Positions 25,157 to 35,105 of a stretch of 64,000 bases of DNA are shown here, one piece after another; the first letter of the stretch is position 1, and each line of letters starts with the position of its first letter. The DNA is taken from contig JAOUMY010000010.1 of the NCBI GenBank assembly GCA_029881255.1, positions 7,319-71,318 of the forward strand. The letters run 5' to 3'. The notes beneath the pieces are model-generated. The model saw only the letters and a program-made list of their open reading frames with translations. It searched no databases and was not told the DNA's origin. The position numbers were made by a program, and so were the translations under genes. This DNA is from Gammaproteobacteria bacterium. Lineage in GTDB: Bacteria > Pseudomonadota > Gammaproteobacteria > S012-40.

Positions 25157-25941
25157 GCCTGGCTTATCCTGTCTTCATCTGCCCAGAGTGGTAACAGAGT
25201 CGGGATTCTAGATTCAGGCTTCTCGGGATGAAATAGGAAGCACCTATTTAGCGGCCACTGTCTTTCTCCAAAATAGTCGATATAACGTGAAGTCCAGTGG
25301 CTCCAAACGCGCTCCCTTTTGTTGGCCCAGGCCCACGTTACTGCGGACAACGCTTCAAATGTATGTTGTGTATGTTTGCTATGTATAGCGTTGCTCTCAA
25401 AGGTCCACAAAGGCTCCTTTCTGCCTTCGTCATACGGGTCGACAAAGACGCGTATGCGTTGCAAGCCTGTGCTCTTGTTATCCACCACAGGTGACTCTAG
25501 GATTATATCCAGGCGATCTCGATAGCGTTTTTGTTGTACTCTTCCCAGGCTGATGGTCAGGGCTTCAAACGACGATCCGTCACTATCTGTAATTTCCTGT
25601 ACAAAGAGAAAGCCCATCAAATGGTTTTGATCGAGTAGCAGTTCATGGACCACGGAAATGACTTCTTCTGGAATGCCTATGCATTCATTTTCCAAAATAC
25701 GGATTGACTCGGATATCAGTTCTAGATCCTCACATGGCCGCACTCTTAGACTTAACGTGTTTAGAACGCCGTCCTTGTTCCACGGGCGAGACCAACCATA
25801 TTTCCTGGTGCTACGGTATCTTTCCATTGCCCGCATGAGCAATCGTAAGACCCCGGGCCTCTGCGTCTGTTTACTCAGGATGTCTCTGATTCCGTTGTAC
25901 TGTGACTCACTGTCTATTGTGTATTCGTCTTTGGGGGCCAT
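25150..25941 (-). CDS. Hypothetical protein, co-operonic with ABC1 kinase (stop overlaps kinase start by 7 nt)
   Basis: 263-aa ORF with no signal peptide or TM segment and no motif I can assign; 4-base-type overlap with downstream kinase gene suggests translational coupling. Confidence 0.45.
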   Translation of the reverse strand: MAPKDEYTIDSESQYNGIRDILSKQTQRPGVLRLLMRAMERYRSTRKYGWSRPWNKDGVLNTLSLRVRPCEDLELISESIRILENECIGIPEEVISVVHELLLDQNHLMGFLFVQEITDSDGSSFEALTISLGRVQQKRYRDRLDIILESPVVDNKSTGLQRIRVFVDPYDEGRKEPLWTFESNAIHSKHTQHTFEALSAVTWAWANKRERVWSHWTSRYIDYFGERQWPLNRCFLFHPEKPESRIPTLLPLWADEDRISQAC

Positions 25942-26319
25942 TACTGGTTTTGCCTTTGCTATTTATAGTCAGGAGAACGTTTTTGCGAATGTTGCAATGA
26001 CGGTGCCGTATAGCGACTTTTGTCAACAAAGCGAGGGGGAATAGGTTTGCGGAGGCATTTATTACGAGATGGTAATAGCGAAAAAAATACGGAAATTAGC
26101 AGGGTGGAATTGAGCGATAGCGTTATTTTTCAATCAATTAGCTTTTGTAAAATGAATTGAAAATGAAAAACCTTATTTGAATATTAAGCCCTTCGTAAGA
26201 CTGTGCTGTCTTACTTATGCCAAGTCAGTTTTTATGCAGAATTAGCTGTTGACAGGTTCTTTGGCGCTGCCTTACCCTGACCCAACAAATATTAAAAAAT
26301 TCTCCACGGGGAGGGAGAT

Positions 26320-29300
26320 ATGTTTAATCCGACACAATTGGGTGCGCGTACGCGTGCACCAATCAAGGCATTTTTGTTTTTAACTCTTGGCGCAAGCTTG
26401 GCGTCTTGTTCCTATCTTGGTTATGAAGAAGCCGGTTTGAGTGAACAAGATTTGCTAATCCAGGAACTCGATAATAACCAAATGGTGTGGGCGCAATCGG
26501 GTGTATCGGCATACAGCTTTGATATCGAAAAAGACTGTGACTGTCCTGATGAAATAAAGTCATCGCAGAAAATGACTATCCAGAGCGACGAGGCTCTGGA
26601 AGATAAAGAAGAGTTAGAAGCGGAGATTGATGCGGCGGCAGAAAAGGTTCGTGGCAAGATTGTAGCGCGTGAAGGCAGCGACAATAATCGTGCGCAGGCA
26701 AATCAATCTGTGCGTATGGAAACGGTTTTCTCTGATTTACGTCAAGCCATTCAGCAAGGATCAGTAAGAAGCGTTAATTACGATTCGCGATATGGATACC
26801 CCCAGACAGTTGTCTTGAATAACCAGTTCAGACAGTCTGGCGACGATAATGGCTCTTTTAGAGTTAATGGTTCGAACAACGGCGACAATCGCTCTTTCAA
26901 TACGTCTGCTGACGATGATGGCCGTGGTTTTAACAATGGCTTTACTGTCCGCACCAATAATTTTCAGGTTCGTCGCAGCGATGATGGCCGTCAAAACATT
27001 CCTCTTAGCGGGCAACTGATTCGCCAGGATAGTGATGATGCTAACCGCGTTGCTAACCCTTACTGGCTTGTTAGTAATGATGGACGCTGGAATCAATTGA
27101 ATGTTTCAGGCGATTTGGACAATCAATTCAGAGGCCTGCAAAATCGCTCATTCGTTCAACTAAATGGCCAATGGTTTCCTGGCGGAGCTAGTGGTCAAGG
27201 TGTATACATTCCGAACCAATTTCAAGTGCGGACAGACAGCGATGATAATCCCTTCCGTAATAACTTGAATGGAACCTTGTATTACTCAGTTGCCAACAAC
27301 ACATCTTACGATCTTGATGATTTTTATGTTAGCGACGATAGAGGCCGTAATGTCTTTTTGAACGTCCCTGCGAACCTGCGCAATCAAGCACTCGCCCTTT
27401 CAGGCCAACGAGTTAATCTTCAAGGTAACTGGTCGACAAACTATCTCGATCAAAATGCGCGTTTTAGTCCTAATGCATTCAATTCATTTGTCGCCAATGT
27501 ACGTTCCTTTCGCGGTATTCTGAATCGACCAAATACCTATCCCGTCCCCGGTGTTTTGCAAAATAACTACCTGCTTGTAGATGACTTCGGTGGAGTTCAG
27601 GAAGTTGAGATTCCTGCGAACCTGATCAACAATCTGGCTTATCTGATCGGTCAGCGTGTTGAAATACAGGGTTCGAATATCTATTCCGGATATTATGGAC
27701 AGCAGCGTGTTTATGCGCAGTCGGTTAGGCCGCTTCAGAATATTTTCACCAACAGCGTGGTGACTGGCGTCATCAGTACCATGTTGAGCTCTGGCGGGTA
27801 TAGCAATATAGATCAGGTATTATTGCAAACCGATCAGGGAACCTCGATTACCGTGCAGATTCCTTCGATCTATCGTAATCCATACAATACTTTGAGTGCA
27901 GGTATGCGCGTTCAAGTAAATGGGGCGTGGATTTCATCCGCATCGTATGGCAGCCAGGGTATTTTTGAGGCGCGGTCCCCAGTTCAGATTGTGAACTACG
28001 GATACAGCACAGCTACAACATATAGTGGTTACATCAATAATCTCGGGGCGTCCTTTGGTGGCGGCGTGAGTTGTACTGGTGCGCAAAACAACTACAGCTT
28101 CACCACTGACAACGGCCAGGTTTTGCAGTTGTACGTCAGTAATACGACACGCGTAAATGGACTCGCAAATGGACTGGTAAATATTCCTTATCAGTCACGC
28201 GTTCAGGTGTCTGGCACTATGCTCTCTCCCGGTGTATTGCAGGCCAATACGATCGATGTATACCAGCAAAACAACACAACAATTGTTGGTACCATTATTG
28301 AGATTGGTGCGCCTAGTGGAACATTTACCTGTACAGGCCAGTTGTTGAGCTATCGCTTGCTCGATCAATACGGCAATGCCTATTCGATTACTGTTTCACC
28401 TAGTAGCCAGGTGCAAGGTAGCCAGGGCACTAGCTTCCTGCGTATCGGTGACTATGTTCGTGTAACGGGTTCTTCAACCAATAACGGATATGGGTCAACT
28501 TTCTATGCGCGTCAGATCACTGCGATTTCAGTGGCGACGCCGGGAAGTGCGCTTCCGTTTCCCGGAACTATACCTGTGACCTATCCTAATCCTTTCACTG
28601 GTTCTCTGACTTCTTTCATGGGAACCGTGACTGGCTTGGATTGTTCCACTGGCCTGGATGAAACCTACATCTTTATAGATCAGTCAGGCGCGTTGTATAA
28701 GTTGCGCGTGAATATGAATCTGCTCGCAACAGGTATGCTGATCGATGTAGGTACTCAATTGTCGGTTACTGGCTCACTGGTTAATAACGAAATTGTTGCA
28801 CAACAAATCAACCCAATTGCAACATTTGCCGACCCGGTCAACCGCGTTCCACTATATGGAACTATTATGTCTCTGACTAATAGCGTCCAAACAACGTGTG
28901 GATTCCCGGTCAACACCTACCAGTTCCGAACTGACAATGGTCAGATCATGCAACTACGTATAACTAACGAAGCCGCTATGCATCAGCCAACGCAATTCGA
29001 CAATGGTACACGTCTCGTTGTCGTGCGTCGCGTGAGTGGTGCTAACCCACAAATCGTGGATGCGCTCGAAGTTCAATACTCCCCGATCGTCGGTGCTGGT
29101 CTGCCGGTGAACTTTGGAGTTGGTGGTCAACCGATTTCGGTCACTGGTACGATCACTTCGGTTGGTTGTACTAACGAATACTACTTCGTCGATCAAAATG
29201 GTACTGGCTATCAGTTACAGATGAACAACTCTTCGTTGCCGTCTACCGCCTTACTATCTGTTGGTACGAAGTTGAGTGTTACCGGGCAGATTCTCGGTAA

Positions 29301-29610
29301 TCGTTTGGTGGCAACCAGCGTTTATCCGAACACTTTGCCTGTGTATACGCCACCACCACCACCGGTTTCCGGAACGATCACAAATTTGATCAATACGGTA
29401 ACGCTTAGCTGTGGGGTCACAATCAATACATATAACTTCCAGAATGACAACGGTCGCGTACAACGTCTTCGCATCGGAAGTTCAGTCGGTGGATTGTTAC
29501 CAGGACAAACAGCTACAGGTTCAAGGCTCTATATCTCCAACCGCATAGAGTCATTTGATGGGCAGGTGATAGACGCGCTCAGCGTTAGCCAACAGAGCTA
29601 CTTTTACTGA
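26320..29610 (+). CDS. Large repetitive Asn/Gln/Gly/Ser/Thr-rich lipoprotein (1096 aa) with six C-terminal Cys-containing ~88-aa tandem repeats
   Basis: Strong RBS GGGAGGGAG before ATG; lipoprotein signal MFNPTQLGARTRAPIKAFLFLTLGASLAS|C. Six repeats at ~28070, 28330, 28640, 28900, 29165, 29410 nt share C…(Y/F)xFxxDNGQxxQLxxxN… then GxxVxVxGxL. The N-terminal half has degenerate N-F-x-V-R-x-D-S-D-D-N-type repeats, a PPPPP tract, and ends …QSYFY. Confidence 0.75.
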   Translation: MFNPTQLGARTRAPIKAFLFLTLGASLASCSYLGYEEAGLSEQDLLIQELDNNQMVWAQSGVSAYSFDIEKDCDCPDEIKSSQKMTIQSDEALEDKEELEAEIDAAAEKVRGKIVAREGSDNNRAQANQSVRMETVFSDLRQAIQQGSVRSVNYDSRYGYPQTVVLNNQFRQSGDDNGSFRVNGSNNGDNRSFNTSADDDGRGFNNGFTVRTNNFQVRRSDDGRQNIPLSGQLIRQDSDDANRVANPYWLVSNDGRWNQLNVSGDLDNQFRGLQNRSFVQLNGQWFPGGASGQGVYIPNQFQVRTDSDDNPFRNNLNGTLYYSVANNTSYDLDDFYVSDDRGRNVFLNVPANLRNQALALSGQRVNLQGNWSTNYLDQNARFSPNAFNSFVANVRSFRGILNRPNTYPVPGVLQNNYLLVDDFGGVQEVEIPANLINNLAYLIGQRVEIQGSNIYSGYYGQQRVYAQSVRPLQNIFTNSVVTGVISTMLSSGGYSNIDQVLLQTDQGTSITVQIPSIYRNPYNTLSAGMRVQVNGAWISSASYGSQGIFEARSPVQIVNYGYSTATTYSGYINNLGASFGGGVSCTGAQNNYSFTTDNGQVLQLYVSNTTRVNGLANGLVNIPYQSRVQVSGTMLSPGVLQANTIDVYQQNNTTIVGTIIEIGAPSGTFTCTGQLLSYRLLDQYGNAYSITVSPSSQVQGSQGTSFLRIGDYVRVTGSSTNNGYGSTFYARQITAISVATPGSALPFPGTIPVTYPNPFTGSLTSFMGTVTGLDCSTGLDETYIFIDQSGALYKLRVNMNLLATGMLIDVGTQLSVTGSLVNNEIVAQQINPIATFADPVNRVPLYGTIMSLTNSVQTTCGFPVNTYQFRTDNGQIMQLRITNEAAMHQPTQFDNGTRLVVVRRVSGANPQIVDALEVQYSPIVGAGLPVNFGVGGQPISVTGTITSVGCTNEYYFVDQNGTGYQLQMNNSSLPSTALLSVGTKLSVTGQILGNRLVATSVYPNTLPVYTPPPPPVSGTITNLINTVTLSCGVTINTYNFQNDNGRVQRLRIGSSVGGLLPGQTATGSRLYISNRIESFDGQVIDALSVSQQSYFY

Positions 29611-29683
29611 TTTGACCCCGGATGCGCTGGAGAAACTCACAGTTACTTCAGCGCGTCCACTTAGAGGTTAAATCGAATTAAGT

Positions 29684-32503
29684 CTACAAATATTGTCTAA
29701 GAAATCGCCCGGTATGAGAATGATCGTACCTGGCGATTTCTTCTGGCGTTCCTGCAGCGATAATCTTGCCGCCTTCGTTTCCACCCTCAGGGCCTAAGTC
29801 GATAACCCAGTCAGCTGTTTTAATGACATCAAGATTGTGCTCAATAATCACAACCGTATTTCCCTGGTCTCGAAGTCGGTGTAAGACTTCCAGTAATTGC
29901 TGTACATCATGAAAATGTAGACCGGTTGTTGGTTCGTCAAGAATGTAAAGCGTATTGCCGGTATCACGCTTGGACAGTTCTTTTGCAAGTTTTACGCGTT
30001 GCGCCTCTCCCCCGGAGAGTGTGGTAGCGCTTTGACCCAGACGGATATAGGAAAGCCCTACCTCGATCAGTGTTTGTAGCTTGCGTGCAATCACCGGTAT
30101 GTTCTCAAAGAACTTCAGCGCGTCTTCCACCGTTAACTCCAGTGCCTGGTTGATACTCAGTCCCTTGTATTTAATTTCCAGGGTCTCCCGGTTATAACGT
30201 TTTCCTTTGCACACGTCGCATTGCACATAGACATCGGGAAGAAAATGCATCTCAACCTTGATTAATCCGTCGCCCTGGCATGCCTCACACCGGCCCCCTT
30301 TTACATTAAAGCTATATCTGCCGGGACCATAACCTCTTGCACGCGACTCGGGTGTGTTGGAGAATAATTCTCGTAAGGGCGTGAATAGTCCAGTGTAAGT
30401 TGCAGGATTAGATCGGGGTGTGCGTCCTATCGGACTTTGATCGATATCAATTACTTTGTCGAAATGACTCAATCCCTCGATACGTTCAAAAGGAGATGGG
30501 TCGAGACTAGCCCTGTTTATCGCTTGTGCTGCATAGGGATAAAGTGTGTCATTGATCAAAGTGGATTTGCCCGAGCCGGAAACACCAGTGACGCAGGTGA
30601 GCAAGCCAATAGGAATTTCGGTCGTCACATGACAAAGATTATTTCCACTTGCACCGATAATGCGTAGCATGCGATGTTTGTTTGGTGTCATTCGTTTTCG
30701 AGGAATAGCAATTTTCAAAGTTCCATTCAGGTACTGTCCAGTCAACGAGTTTTTGTTTGCTGCAACGGCATCAGGAGTACCTTGCGCAACGACTTCTCCG
30801 CCGTGCACGCCAGCTCCTGGGCCAATGTCAATTACATAATCGGCACACCGTATAGCGTCTTCATCATGTTCTACGACGATTACCGTATTACCAAGATCTC
30901 GCAAATACTTGAGTGTTGTCAACAAACGCTCATTGTCCCTTTGGTGTAAACCGATTGATGGTTCGTCGAGCACATACATTACACCAACTAATCCGGCGCC
31001 AATCTGGCTAGCAAGGCGGATTCGTTGCGCTTCGCCGCCTGATAAGGTATCAGCTCGTCTGTCCAGACTGAGATAATTTAAACCAACATTGACTAGAAAC
31101 TGGAGTCGCTGCTTTATTTCTTTGATAATTTTTTCGGCTATTTTTGCGCGAGCACCTTCAAACTGTAGTTGTTGAAAAAAATCGTGTGCAACGCCGATAG
31201 GCATATGGGTGACCTGTGGGAGGGCATGATTGTCAATGAAGACATTGCGTGCCTCACGGTTCAGTCGAGTGCCTTCACAGTCTGGGCAAGGGTGAGTGCT
31301 AAGATATTTGCTCATTTCCTCGCGCACTGCACTGGAGTCTGTTTCGCGAAAACGTCTTTCCATATTTGGGATAATGCCCTCGAAAGGATGTTTTCTTTCG
31401 ATTTTCTTGTTGCGTTCGCTTTGATAAGAAAAGCTAATTTCTTCGCTTCCGCTACCAAAAAGTACAATTTGACGTATCTCGTCGGGCAGTTCACCAAATG
31501 GTGTGTCGAGATCGAATTTAAAATGCGTTGCCAATGCATCCAGCAATGCGGAATAGAAACCGTTGCGTCTGTCCCAGTTTCGAATCGCGCCTTCGCTGAG
31601 ACTTAATTCCGGGTGGGATACTACCCGCTTGGGATCGAAAAACTGTGTAACTCCCAGGCCGTCACAACTAGTACACGCTCCCGATGGATTGTTGAAAGAA
31701 AAAATTTTAGGTTCGAGTTCTTTCAGGCTGAATCCGCAGTGAGAACAGGCAAACTTCGCCGAGAAAGCTAGTTCCTTCTCTTTTTCATCGTCCAGTGATT
31801 GGATAATTGCTATTCCGTCGCTGAGTTGTAATGCCATCTCAAAAGACTCGGCGAGACGCTGTTTTATATCGTCGCGAATCTTGAAGCGATCAACAACAAC
31901 TTCAATATTGTGTTTCTGATTCTTATCCAGCTCAGGGATGACATCGAGTTCGAAAACTTCGCCATCAATGCGTGCTCGCACAAAACCCTGGGAGCGCAAT
32001 TCGCCCAGCAATTGAAGATGTTCGCCTTTTCGGTCGCGAACAATCGGCGCAAGCAACATATATCTGCCGCCTTCGGGGAGTTCAAGCGTATGATCGACCA
32101 TCTGGCTTACGGTTTGTGCCTGTAGCACTGTGTTGTGGTCAGGGCAGCGCGGTTCACCGGCTCGTGCAAACAGTAAACGCAGGTAATCATATATTTCCGT
32201 GATCGTACCGACTGTCGAGCGAGGGTTATGCGACGTCGATTTTTGCTCAATAGATATCGCCGGCGATAGACCTTCAATATGATCTATATCGGGCTTCTCC
32301 ATGACCGACAAAAATTGCCGAGCATAGCTGGACAGCGATTCAACATAACGGCGCTGTCCTTCCGCATAAATCGTGTCGAATGCAAGTGACGACTTGCCCG
32401 AACCGGACAGTCCGGTTAGTACCACAAGTTTGTCGCGAGGTATTTCGAGGTCGATATTCTTGAGATTGTGTGTTCGGGCACCGCGTAGGGTGATCTTGTC
32501 CAT
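29684..32503 (-). CDS. uvrA: Excinuclease ABC subunit A
   Basis: 939-aa product [64 protein letters not shown]… with two ABC ATPase modules and zinc fingers; full-length UvrA. Confidence 0.95.
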   Translation of the reverse strand: MDKITLRGARTHNLKNIDLEIPRDKLVVLTGLSGSGKSSLAFDTIYAEGQRRYVESLSSYARQFLSVMEKPDIDHIEGLSPAISIEQKSTSHNPRSTVGTITEIYDYLRLLFARAGEPRCPDHNTVLQAQTVSQMVDHTLELPEGGRYMLLAPIVRDRKGEHLQLLGELRSQGFVRARIDGEVFELDVIPELDKNQKHNIEVVVDRFKIRDDIKQRLAESFEMALQLSDGIAIIQSLDDEKEKELAFSAKFACSHCGFSLKELEPKIFSFNNPSGACTSCDGLGVTQFFDPKRVVSHPELSLSEGAIRNWDRRNGFYSALLDALATHFKFDLDTPFGELPDEIRQIVLFGSGSEEISFSYQSERNKKIERKHPFEGIIPNMERRFRETDSSAVREEMSKYLSTHPCPDCEGTRLNREARNVFIDNHALPQVTHMPIGVAHDFFQQLQFEGARAKIAEKIIKEIKQRLQFLVNVGLNYLSLDRRADTLSGGEAQRIRLASQIGAGLVGVMYVLDEPSIGLHQRDNERLLTTLKYLRDLGNTVIVVEHDEDAIRCADYVIDIGPGAGVHGGEVVAQGTPDAVAANKNSLTGQYLNGTLKIAIPRKRMTPNKHRMLRIIGASGNNLCHVTTEIPIGLLTCVTGVSGSGKSTLINDTLYPYAAQAINRASLDPSPFERIEGLSHFDKVIDIDQSPIGRTPRSNPATYTGLFTPLRELFSNTPESRARGYGPGRYSFNVKGGRCEACQGDGLIKVEMHFLPDVYVQCDVCKGKRYNRETLEIKYKGLSINQALELTVEDALKFFENIPVIARKLQTLIEVGLSYIRLGQSATTLSGGEAQRVKLAKELSKRDTGNTLYILDEPTTGLHFHDVQQLLEVLHRLRDQGNTVVIIEHNLDVIKTADWVIDLGPEGGNEGGKIIAAGTPEEIARYDHSHTGRFLRQYL

Positions 32504-32552
32504 TGGAATTCCTGAGTCGAACCGAACCTGCTAATATACGGCGTTTCGCCGA

Positions 32553-34031
32553 ATGATGCCAAAACGAATTATGCCGGCTTTGTTACAGGGCGCACATCAG
32601 GCATCAATAGCAAGTCAAGTTATAGGTATATTAGTGAAACAAGAACATACACAAAATGAGGATTTCGATCCGGATATCATGACCGGAACAGAAAAACGTG
32701 CATCCGTTTCACTGGCGATGATTTATTCCTTGCGTATGCTTGGTCTGTTCATGATATTGCCTGTTTTTGCACTCTATGCGCAGCATCTTGAAGGCACGAC
32801 GCCCCTGTTGATTGGTGTTGCAATTGGGATATACGGTTTAACCCAGGCCTTTTTCCAGATTCCCTTTGGTATGGCGTCCGATCGTTTTGGACGCAAGAAA
32901 GTAATTGCCTTTGGCTTGCTGGTGTTTGCCGCGGGTAGTGTGGTAGCCGCCACAGCGGATAGCATGTGGGGCGTTATTGCGGGTCGGGCTTTGCAAGGTG
33001 CGGGCGCAATAGCCGCTGCGATTATGGCGCTTGCCGCAGATCTAACCCGTGAAGAGCACCGTACCAAAGCCATGGCGATGATCGGAGCCAGTATTGGATT
33101 GTCATTCGCCTTTTCTCTGGTCGCTGGTCCCGTCATCGATGGCTGGGTGGGAGTAAATGGGATCTTTTGGATTACTGCCGGTCTTGCCTTGGGCGGGATT
33201 GCTGTTCTGGCCTTTATTGTACCGACGCCAATAAATAGCCGTTTCCATCGTGACGCTGAACCCATCCCATCCCAATTTCGAACCGTGTTAGGGAATCCGG
33301 AATTGCTCAGGCTAGATGTGGGCATCTTTATATTGCATATGGCGTTGACGGCCAGTTTCGTCGTTTTGCCCCTGGTCTTGCGCGACAATCTGGGATTGGC
33401 GTCTTCTGAACATTGGAAAATCTACCTGCCGGTCTTGTTGTTGGCGTTAGTGGTAATGGTGCCCTTTGTCATCATCGCCGAGAAAAAACGGCGTATGAAA
33501 CAGGTATTCGTCAGCTCGATACTGATGCTTGCGGCTGGTGAGTTTGTCTTTTTGGTGGGTGCTGACTCACTTGCTATTGTTGTACTGGCGCTGCTTACTT
33601 TTTTTATTGGCTTTAACGTGCTGGAAGCGACACTGCCTTCGCTGATCTCGAAAACGGCGCCGCCGGATATTAAGGGGACGGCCATGGGAGTTTATTCGAG
33701 TTCGCAGTTTTTCGGCGCGTTTTGCGGTGGCGGGATAGGCGGCTGGATACATGGCCAATTTGGCATTCAAGGCGTGTTTCTTTTTATTCTGATGGCTTTA
33801 ATGCTGTGGTTTGCAGTGGCCGCGACGATGAAAAATCCCCGTTATCTTGCGAGTTATATGGTGAATATCGGTAAAGTCGATGATGAGACTGCCCGTCGGC
33901 TTGTTGGTGAGCTGACCGCAGTTACTGGGGTTGCCGAGGCCGTGGTGATAGCGGAAGAAGGTATTGCTTATCTGAAAGTAGATATTCACGCCCTGGATAA
34001 ACAACAGTTGAAGCGTTTTAGTCAGGTGTAG
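32553..34031 (+). CDS. MFS transporter with ~65-aa C-terminal cytoplasmic extension
   Basis: 12 predicted TM helices with the MFS loop motif (…GMASDRFGRKKV…). The tail after the last TM (…NIGKVDDETARRLVGELTAVTGVAEAVVIAEEGIAYLKVDIHALDKQQLKRF) looks like a small alpha/beta domain. The true start may be ATG at 32679 (MTGTEKRASVSLAMIYS…), since the 32553 start leaves only 49 nt to divergent uvrA. Sits between uvrA and ssb, as the MFS gene does in Pseudomonas. Confidence 0.75.
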   Translation: MMPKRIMPALLQGAHQASIASQVIGILVKQEHTQNEDFDPDIMTGTEKRASVSLAMIYSLRMLGLFMILPVFALYAQHLEGTTPLLIGVAIGIYGLTQAFFQIPFGMASDRFGRKKVIAFGLLVFAAGSVVAATADSMWGVIAGRALQGAGAIAAAIMALAADLTREEHRTKAMAMIGASIGLSFAFSLVAGPVIDGWVGVNGIFWITAGLALGGIAVLAFIVPTPINSRFHRDAEPIPSQFRTVLGNPELLRLDVGIFILHMALTASFVVLPLVLRDNLGLASSEHWKIYLPVLLLALVVMVPFVIIAEKKRRMKQVFVSSILMLAAGEFVFLVGADSLAIVVLALLTFFIGFNVLEATLPSLISKTAPPDIKGTAMGVYSSSQFFGAFCGGGIGGWIHGQFGIQGVFLFILMALMLWFAVAATMKNPRYLASYMVNIGKVDDETARRLVGELTAVTGVAEAVVIAEEGIAYLKVDIHALDKQQLKRFSQV

Positions 34032-34174
34032 TGGTGACAATCATATCGCCAATATTCGGTGCCGTTTAGACAATAGTGGACCGTCGTTGGCGCCGGTATG
34101 GTATGATGCCCGAATCTCTATTGGGATGAAAATAATAATATAAAAAATTCAATAAGTTATTATGCGAGGTGTAT

Positions 34175-34657
34175 ATGGCGCGAGGAATCAATAAAGTAAT
34201 CATTATCGGAAATCTGGGTAATGATCCGGATATCAGATACATGCCAAGTGGTGGCGCTGTGGCGAATCTGAGTATTGCCACTTCAGAAAGTTGGAAAGAC
34301 AAGAATTCAGGTGAACCCCAGGAGCGGACCGAGTGGCATCGAGTAGTGTTATTTGGACGTCTTGGTGAAATTGCAGGTGAATATCTGCGCAAAGGTTCCA
34401 AGGTCTATGTTGAAGGCCGTTTGCAGACGCGTAAATGGCAGGACCAAAATGGACAGGACCGTTATACAACGGAAATCATCGCTAACGATCTGCAAATGCT
34501 TGATAGTCGTGGTGGTGCAGGTGATCAAGCCTTTAGTGGCAGTGGCATGGCAAATCAACAGCCACGTGGCCAGTCTTCGGCGCCCTCAAACCGTTCTCAG
34601 CCGCAGGCAGCGCCAGCTGGAGACTTTGGCGATTTCGATGACGACATCCCGTTTTAG
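34175..34657 (+). CDS. ssb: Single-stranded DNA-binding protein
   Basis: [63 protein letters not shown]… OB fold; Gly/Gln-rich linker; acidic tail [11 protein letters not shown] at 34175 with GAGG 6 nt upstream (track begins at GTG 34169). Confidence 0.95.
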   Translation: MARGINKVIIIGNLGNDPDIRYMPSGGAVANLSIATSESWKDKNSGEPQERTEWHRVVLFGRLGEIAGEYLRKGSKVYVEGRLQTRKWQDQNGQDRYTTEIIANDLQMLDSRGGAGDQAFSGSGMANQQPRGQSSAPSNRSQPQAAPAGDFGDFDDDIPF

Positions 34658-34682
34658 GTCGCGACAATCGTATAACAAAAAA

Positions 34683-34708
34683 GGGACAGCAATACTGTCC
34701 CTTTTTTT
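34683..34708. terminator. Bidirectional rho-independent terminator between ssb (+) and the CULT-domain gene (-)
   Basis: GGGACAG/CTGTCCC stem (34683-34701) flanked by A6 upstream and T7 downstream. Confidence 0.75.
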
Positions 34709-35105
34709 ATTCAGTCGATATTTGCAAACGATTTACGATTAAACCAAAAAAATTATCATTCCCGGAAAACTTCCAGCCTAACTGCAGTCCGCAGTTTTTA
34801 CACACGATAATTTGCCAGTGATAGCCTGGAAACCAGGTGTCTTGTGGTGTGCGTAATCCTTGCGTGCGACAGTTTTCCACCTCCGAAAAACAGGCGATAT
34901 GAAAGGTGATGGCTGCAGGGTTGGTGAAGCTGTGTGTGAAATCGCCTGCTATAACAACGCGAAAATGTGGCGACGTGATTAGTGTGTTGCAAGCAATGCA
35001 GCATAAGTTGTCATTATGTTCGGAATGTAGCGACATATCTGCTGGTGAGAAAAGACGCGTGTTTCTCTCCAATATTTTTTGCTTTAAAAGATGTATTGAA
35101 TTCAT
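34707..35105 (-). CDS. Cereblon-like CULT / Yippee-type zinc-binding beta-tent domain protein (132 aa)
   Basis: Two CxxC pairs (…NLCCIACNTL… and …VCKNCGLQLGWKF…) and the segment TWFPGYHWQIIVCKNCGLQLGWKFSGNDNFFGL, which aligns with human cereblon's thalidomide-binding domain ([24 protein letters not shown]…FWGL) including all three cage tryptophans and the Phe. Also resembles Yippee (TRLFS…CxxC…L…CKNCxxxLGWxY). Confidence 0.7.
   Translation of the reverse strand: MNSIHLLKQKILERNTRLFSPADMSLHSEHNDNLCCIACNTLITSPHFRVVIAGDFTHSFTNPAAITFHIACFSEVENCRTQGLRTPQDTWFPGYHWQIIVCKNCGLQLGWKFSGNDNFFGLIVNRLQISTE

Noticed and set aside
29611-29683. Imperfect 12-bp inverted repeat (GGATGCGCTGGA…TTCAGCGCGTCC) between the convergent lipoprotein gene and uvrA
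   Set aside because: Plausible bidirectional terminator stem, but it has two mismatches, a long loop and no U-tract on either side. Confidence too low to list as a feature.
32504-32680. LexA (SOS) box upstream of uvrA / MFS
   Set aside because: I scanned for CTGT-N8-ACAG; the best candidate (CTGCTAATATACGG) lacks the 3' CAG half-site. No call made.
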